IMG/VR virus record: IMGVR_UViG_3300017971_000238
DNA length: 28,815 bases
Source: an uncultured virus (IMG/VR IMGVR_UViG_3300017971_000238)
Taxonomy: Duplodnaviria; Heunggongvirae; Uroviricota; Caudoviricetes
Direction: 5' to 3' (one strand)
Shown: piece by piece, positions 23,923-28,815 of the stretch
How positions within the stretch are numbered: the stretch's first letter is position 1
How the letters are laid out: each line of letters begins with the position of its first letter
Made by a program: the position numbers and the translations under genes
The notes under the pieces: generated by a model
Told to the model about the DNA's origin: nothing
The model's input: only the letters and a program-made list of their open reading frames with translations
Database searches by the model: none

Positions 23923-24300
23923 ATGAAACGAACGGAAAAAACTATAAGCATGATTGGATGGATATTCTGGTTCCACGTGTACGTGGGACTTATTATATTC
24001 GTGTACTGGTTGATCACGATAGAGAAAGATGGTCCTAGCATGTTCATGTCGCTAAGCACCACGTTGAAGATCGTGTGGATCATTGTGTTGAGCGGGGCGT
24101 TTTTCCTCTATACGCTGGTAATGCTCAGGGTGAAACTGCTATTCGACATAGTGTCGGCCAAGCTTTCCATCGGCCTCATGAAGGCACAGATAAGCACCAT
24201 AGAGTTCCGTGATAGATTGATAAGTGAACTGGAAGTAAGGAAAAAGGAAAAGGACAATGTCGCAGGAGAGACTGGACTTCGGGAAAGCGGTCAGGCGTGA
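23923..24300 (+). CDS. Two-TM membrane protein (holin-like candidate, 125 aa)
   Basis: Basic N-terminus, two long hydrophobic segments, and a charged C-terminal tail. Confidence 0.55.
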   Translation: MKRTEKTISMIGWIFWFHVYVGLIIFVYWLITIEKDGPSMFMSLSTTLKIVWIIVLSGAFFLYTLVMLRVKLLFDIVSAKLSIGLMKAQISTIEFRDRLISELEVRKKEKDNVAGETGLRESGQA

Positions 24301-24676
24301 CCCTAGAACTGGGGATATATACGTGGACAAGGATGGCAATCTTATCGATATAGAGAGCCTAAAACTCGTCGTGCAGGAATGCAGGGTTGCACTGGAAAGT
24401 ATCAAGGGAGAGGACCCGTTCGACGTGGAATGGGGATTTCCTCTTCTCGACGTGCTAAATAATCCATGGAACCTTGCGGCCGAGATACTTATACCACAAG
24501 CAATTCTTGAAACACTAAATCCAAGCACCATTCCATTCCTAGATTATGTTGAAATAACTGGCATGGCGGAAAACATTGACGAGGAAGGGGAAGGTGCATG
24601 GAACGTGGAAATATTAATAAGGACTATAAATCAAGATCAAGTGATAATGGGAGCTGATATACCATATGAGTTCTGA
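24257..24676 (+). CDS. Baseplate wedge/sheath initiator (gp25 / Mu gp46-like, 139 aa)
   Basis: DPRTGDIYVDKDGNL...VQECRVAL...KGEDPFDVEWG pattern; located before baseplate J. Confidence 0.75.
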   Translation: MSQERLDFGKAVRRDPRTGDIYVDKDGNLIDIESLKLVVQECRVALESIKGEDPFDVEWGFPLLDVLNNPWNLAAEILIPQAILETLNPSTIPFLDYVEITGMAENIDEEGEGAWNVEILIRTINQDQVIMGADIPYEF

Positions 24677-26555
24677 AATTGAATACGGTGTAACCGAAAT
24701 AGGATACAACATAAAACCATTGGACAAGGTACTCGAGGATGGATTCAACCTGTTACACAGGATAGACCAGAGAATATCCACGAGTAGAGGAACATGGGTA
24801 TGGCAGATATACAAGGCATGGGCGCCAAAAGTAGTCGAAATAGACACGAATATTGGCGATGCCATGACAAATATCAACATCTCCACCGCACGAGGGTTCG
24901 CACTGGATTCGTGGGGCGCCGAGAAGGGAATATTCAGGAAGGAATCTACCAAGGCAACCCTGAGAATAAGGGTAACCGGTTCAGCGGCAGATACCGGGAT
25001 ACCTGCAGGCTCCGTGTTCGCAAGTGAACTTGGTATAGAATACATTACCATAGAATCTGCAAGATTGCCAACCATAATTTCAATTAGAAAGGGATCTGCA
25101 AATGGTGTAGATGCCATACCATATCCATATTCAAACGTGACATCCATACAATGGATAAACACCAGCCCATCGAGAAATGATATAGAATACGTGGAAACAA
25201 CCGACTGGACATTCGAGAATGACACTATAGACTGGTCTCCCGGTGGTGATGAACCGGCAGAGGGAACGATTTATTTCATCGGTCTCTATACCGCGGAAGA
25301 TATTTCCACGACGATCAACACGATTGCCGCGAATGGAGGCACGGAGAACAGGGTAAGTATAGGCCAAATAACGATAAACTCCGATGCAATTGCTGGCGTA
25401 TCATCCGTTACAAACGACGAGAGTTCCATCGGCGGGACGGACATAGAAACCGATAGCTCGTACAGGAGAAGAATAATCAAGTCGAGCAACGTGCAGTTTG
25501 GATACGCGCGCATTTCCAGCAACACGGAATCGCTGGAACCCGTTCGCTCGGCAAAGACATATCAAGTAACTGGCGTGGACGTGGCATATCCAAATACCGA
25601 CTGGCAAGAATCCGCCACGTGGACGACATTCGAGACATGGAATTTCTACGACGCTGGTGACGTCATTCTTGGGCAAACGTTCAAGCCAACCGGCAACAGG
25701 ATTAGTATCAAGGAAATATCGCTATACGTGAAGAAGACTGGTAGCCCCCCTCCATTAAGGATGAAATTCTACTACTGGATAACCGATTACTCTACCACGG
25801 TATCAATCAAGGAAATGTCCAACCGCGTGTTCACCGTGGAAGACGTGGATCAAGATAGCCCTGATGAATGGCAGGAGGTAAAAGTCCCGTGTGAATTTGG
25901 TGGGCTTGATTTCACCAAGACGTACCTTTTCACGATAGAAATAGATAGCGGGTCCGATGCCTCCAATCACTGGAGCTTAAAGTACCAGAATAGCGGCGAC
26001 GAGTATAGTAATGGACAGATGTATTCAGATGGTACTTTACAAAATAGTGGACTTGCTGACATTGCTTTCAAGACGCGGTGGGGCGGTGCAGGTTACAACC
26101 TCGTGGTTGCCATCAATCCGGGATACAGTCTCTTGGACTGGGAGCAGGAAATCCGAAACAAGATAATCAACTTCGAGGAGAAGGCATGGTCTCCAATCTG
26201 CATCCAAGCCAACATCATGGAAGCCACGAAGGTTTACGTAAATATCACTGGGACAGTGTTTATATCATCCACCGCGGATTGGCCAACCGTGCAAGATTCC
26301 ATGAGGCTAAGAATCGCCGATTACCTTAACACGAGGTTGCCGGGAGAGAACGTGATATTCTCCCGCATAGAAGCAGAAATGATGGCGGTGAATGGCGTGG
26401 AAAAGATACGAAATGTTACCATCCAACGAAATGGCGATACGCCCATCACCAATGCCCAAGAAAACGATATACTTGTTGGGGATCTTGAAATAAGCGAGTT
26501 GGATACTGGTAATTATGGACCCGGTGTTAATTTCACACAGGGAGTGTGGATATAG
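24666..26555 (+). CDS. Baseplate J-like wedge protein (P2 gpJ / Mu gp47) with inserted domains
   Basis: TARGFALDSWG...GIFRK..T.A, IPAGSVF, GGTDIETDSSYRRRI, and C-terminal PGENV.FSRIE...VNGV. Confidence 0.9.
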   Translation: MSSEIEYGVTEIGYNIKPLDKVLEDGFNLLHRIDQRISTSRGTWVWQIYKAWAPKVVEIDTNIGDAMTNINISTARGFALDSWGAEKGIFRKESTKATLRIRVTGSAADTGIPAGSVFASELGIEYITIESARLPTIISIRKGSANGVDAIPYPYSNVTSIQWINTSPSRNDIEYVETTDWTFENDTIDWSPGGDEPAEGTIYFIGLYTAEDISTTINTIAANGGTENRVSIGQITINSDAIAGVSSVTNDESSIGGTDIETDSSYRRRIIKSSNVQFGYARISSNTESLEPVRSAKTYQVTGVDVAYPNTDWQESATWTTFETWNFYDAGDVILGQTFKPTGNRISIKEISLYVKKTGSPPPLRMKFYYWITDYSTTVSIKEMSNRVFTVEDVDQDSPDEWQEVKVPCEFGGLDFTKTYLFTIEIDSGSDASNHWSLKYQNSGDEYSNGQMYSDGTLQNSGLADIAFKTRWGGAGYNLVVAINPGYSLLDWEQEIRNKIINFEEKAWSPICIQANIMEATKVYVNITGTVFISSTADWPTVQDSMRLRIADYLNTRLPGENVIFSRIEAEMMAVNGVEKIRNVTIQRNGDTPITNAQENDILVGDLEISELDTGNYGPGVNFTQGVWI

Positions 26556-28815
26556 ATGGAAAGGCATGATATACGGATGTTTACCTCGGCATGGGGCAAG
26601 CGATATAGTGATTCCATACGTGGAGCATGGGTACCAATACTTGGAGAGCTTAGGGAGAAGGTGTTTACCGAGAGTGGTATCGTGTTGCACGAGAACGAAA
26701 CGCTCATCAATCCATGCCAGATAATCATCGTGCCCATGGTTAGGGTGAATAATCAGGACATTACGATAACTGTCACGTACAAGACCGCAAGTTTGGCAAA
26801 CTGGGAATTACAAAGTATAGAAGGATATAATTACAGTTTCCCGGTGTACGAGTACGCGTCGCAGAAGACAGTGGATATAGAAATACCTGCATTCACGGAA
26901 GCGGAGACCCCTATATTATTACCAGATAACAACGCATATGAATTGGTAGAGGTTGTCCAGACAGGTGGGTATGGATCGGAGATATTTTCGTTCTTTGCTC
27001 TCGCGTCCCCCTCGCCTCGCATCCTCTTCGGCCTAGGCTGGAACAGGATTTACAGCAACTTCGTGCGTCTCAAGAGGGGGACATTCGCATCATTAGCATT
27101 CTGTGGAACATGTAATGGTACTGGTTTCGTGGAAGAAGGTGTTATTTGTCCAGAGTGTGACGGGTTCAGGTTCTCTGGGCCAAATTCGTCAGGATACCTG
27201 CTCGATGTCAAGGGGCGTGACGTGAAGATCTCTCGAAACGAGAACGAGGAAGACGAGCAGTTTGCCAAACGCATCTGGGCGCGTAGATGGACACTGATAC
27301 CAATGGAAAGCGAGATCGTGCGATATTTCGCACATTTCGCACACTGTGACGAGGATGCAATCGAAATAATCAAGTACGAGGATCTTGACGAGCCGACATA
27401 TATCGTGGCACTCGATGCATACAATATAGGCACCAAGGCGATTTGGCAGACTACAGATGAGTTCGAGAACTGGGCTGGTATAGTAAAGAGTACTCCACCA
27501 GCAGGTGTCAACGCGTACTTCTCTTGGATCTCGATGTTCGAGGACACGATTGAAATCATCGACGATGGTGTTGATCCCCTCACGTACACGGGTATCTACG
27601 ACCCGTACAATAGTGTGTGGGGAGGTGCGGAATTCATGAACAGCGGGTTCAACGAGCTGCGCGATTTCATCTCCGCGTGCAGCGGTCATTACAAGGCATG
27701 GGAAAGTTTCTATAATGGTGTTGAGGGAAACCCACCGTCCGGGTGGACCATCTTAACTGGAGAACTTGAAGTAGCAAATTCTTTCTTGGGACACAACAAG
27801 TGCGCGTGGGCAAAGAATCGTGATGATACCGGGCAATACGTGTTTGCCAGTAGATCGGTAACGCTTTCCGACTTTTACCAGTACGATTACTATATTTGCA
27901 TGCTTGATGATATAAGTCCTACGAACTATCAATCGGTTAGTGTCCATCTACAATCTCCAACATTGATTTTCGGGGTACTGGCCACGTATCTTAATGGCCA
28001 GATGAGGTTTCTCTTGAATGTAAATGGTGTCAATAGCACGGTGATGTCCGGATTGGAAATCCTGCGGTGGTATCATGTACATGCGGAGGCAACCATTTCC
28101 ACCGGGCAGATAGACGTGTACATTGATGGAGTTCACGAACATTCAAGAAACGTTGGTACCGGTGTCTTAATAGCATACCCGTCCTGTGTCATTGCATCTA
28201 CTTCCGGGGCGTATTGCGGATTCATGGTGGATGCCATCGATGGATCATGGGATGGTAGTTATTGTGCCCAATCCGATGGTTCCGTGTGTGTCACGAGGAA
28301 CATGGTACAGGTGAGTGAGGCGCCCGGCCTCAACAATTCCAGCTATCCGTCATGCGCAAACCCGGTAACTGGCATAGCGGTGAATCACTGGGTGCAGGGA
28401 TTCGAGCACGTGGACGAGCAGTCATTCAAGTGGATGCCATACAGGTTGAAACACGAGGCAGTTATACAGTGTCCTTCTGGTCTCATCATGGACCCCGGCA
28501 AGTACGGGGCTACCATTGAATACTGGAAGATCGATGGAACCCCTATCATAGACGAGGATTTCGAGGGATACACGCCGGGAGCAGCGATAACAACCGGGCA
28601 GTGGTCAAACCCCAACGAGAATGGCACCACGTTACGATTCTACGCCGTTAGCCTTGGCGGGTCGATACGTGGTTATATATATGATAATCAAACATCTCCT
28701 CCAAACCCGAGAAATCTTATTCTTGATTTCGCGTTCACCAGTCCAAGCCCGTTACCAACGGTAAATATTGCCATGGAAGTGGACTTCGAGATACGTGCCA
28801 TCACGTCCCCTTCTC
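26556..28815 (+). CDS. Baseplate wedge (P2 gpI / Mu gp48-like) fused to a DnaJ-type Zn finger and ConA/LamG-like domains; 3' end outside the window
   Basis: Missing from the ORF track because it has no stop. Manual translation from ATG 26556 stays open to the end: MERHDIRMF...CGTCNGTG...CPECDG...GYLLDVKG..R..NEEDEQFAKRI...PPAGV...GNPPSGW...WYHV...VYIDG. Confidence 0.8.
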   Translation, partial: MERHDIRMFTSAWGKRYSDSIRGAWVPILGELREKVFTESGIVLHENETLINPCQIIIVPMVRVNNQDITITVTYKTASLANWELQSIEGYNYSFPVYEYASQKTVDIEIPAFTEAETPILLPDNNAYELVEVVQTGGYGSEIFSFFALASPSPRILFGLGWNRIYSNFVRLKRGTFASLAFCGTCNGTGFVEEGVICPECDGFRFSGPNSSGYLLDVKGRDVKISRNENEEDEQFAKRIWARRWTLIPMESEIVRYFAHFAHCDEDAIEIIKYEDLDEPTYIVALDAYNIGTKAIWQTTDEFENWAGIVKSTPPAGVNAYFSWISMFEDTIEIIDDGVDPLTYTGIYDPYNSVWGGAEFMNSGFNELRDFISACSGHYKAWESFYNGVEGNPPSGWTILTGELEVANSFLGHNKCAWAKNRDDTGQYVFASRSVTLSDFYQYDYYICMLDDISPTNYQSVSVHLQSPTLIFGVLATYLNGQMRFLLNVNGVNSTVMSGLEILRWYHVHAEATISTGQIDVYIDGVHEHSRNVGTGVLIAYPSCVIASTSGAYCGFMVDAIDGSWDGSYCAQSDGSVCVTRNMVQVSEAPGLNNSSYPSCANPVTGIAVNHWVQGFEHVDEQSFKWMPYRLKHEAVIQCPSGLIMDPGKYGATIEYWKIDGTPIIDEDFEGYTPGAAITTGQWSNPNENGTTLRFYAVSLGGSIRGYIYDNQTSPPNPRNLILDFAFTSPSPLPTVNIAMEVDFEIRAITSPS

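Larger units (their letters stand above)
1..28815. mobile_element. Segment of a tailed dsDNA (myovirus-type) virus or provirus, probably archaeal
   Basis: Colinear terminase-portal-protease-capsid-neck-sheath-tube-tape measure-baseplate module, a divergent arm of small orphan genes, and archaeal-type TATA and RBS signals. No integrase or host genes are visible in the window. Confidence 0.93.

Noticed and set aside
15127..28815. Stand-alone eCIS/T6SS or tailocin locus
   Set aside because: The tail genes are continuous with terminase, portal and capsid genes, so this is a virus.
26556..28815. Diversity-generating retroelement target in the receptor-binding gene
   Set aside because: No reverse transcriptase and no template/variable repeat pair seen in the window; the gene's 3' end is outside it.

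Overview
The window is part of a tailed dsDNA virus genome (Caudoviricetes, contractile-tailed myovirus type). The host is most likely an archaeon, judging by TATA-box promoters, GGAGGTG/AGGTGA ribosome-binding sites and hairpin-less U-tract terminators; a Lokiarchaeia/Asgard host is a weaker inference. The right arm (4185 to the end, + strand) is a near-complete morphogenesis operon: TerS, TerL, portal, neck protein, Zn-finger and membrane-hydrolase genes, protease-scaffold, decoration protein, major capsid protein, adaptor, head closure, terminator, sheath, tube, chaperone, tape measure, tube initiator, VgrG-like hub-spike, PAAR-like tip, and gp25-, J- and I-like wedge proteins. The left arm (1-3350, - strand) is the most unusual part. 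It is an array of small orphan genes, each separated by the same bipartite element: a U-tract, a palindromic box A (TTCAC-CC-GTGAA), a variable self-complementary insert of 11 to about 260 nt, and box B (CACGAGTTGAG on the coding strand) 4-7 nt before the ATG. It is followed by about 750 nt packed with hairpins, including a tRNA T-arm mimic. All protein calls come from motif recognition and gene order, not from database searches.
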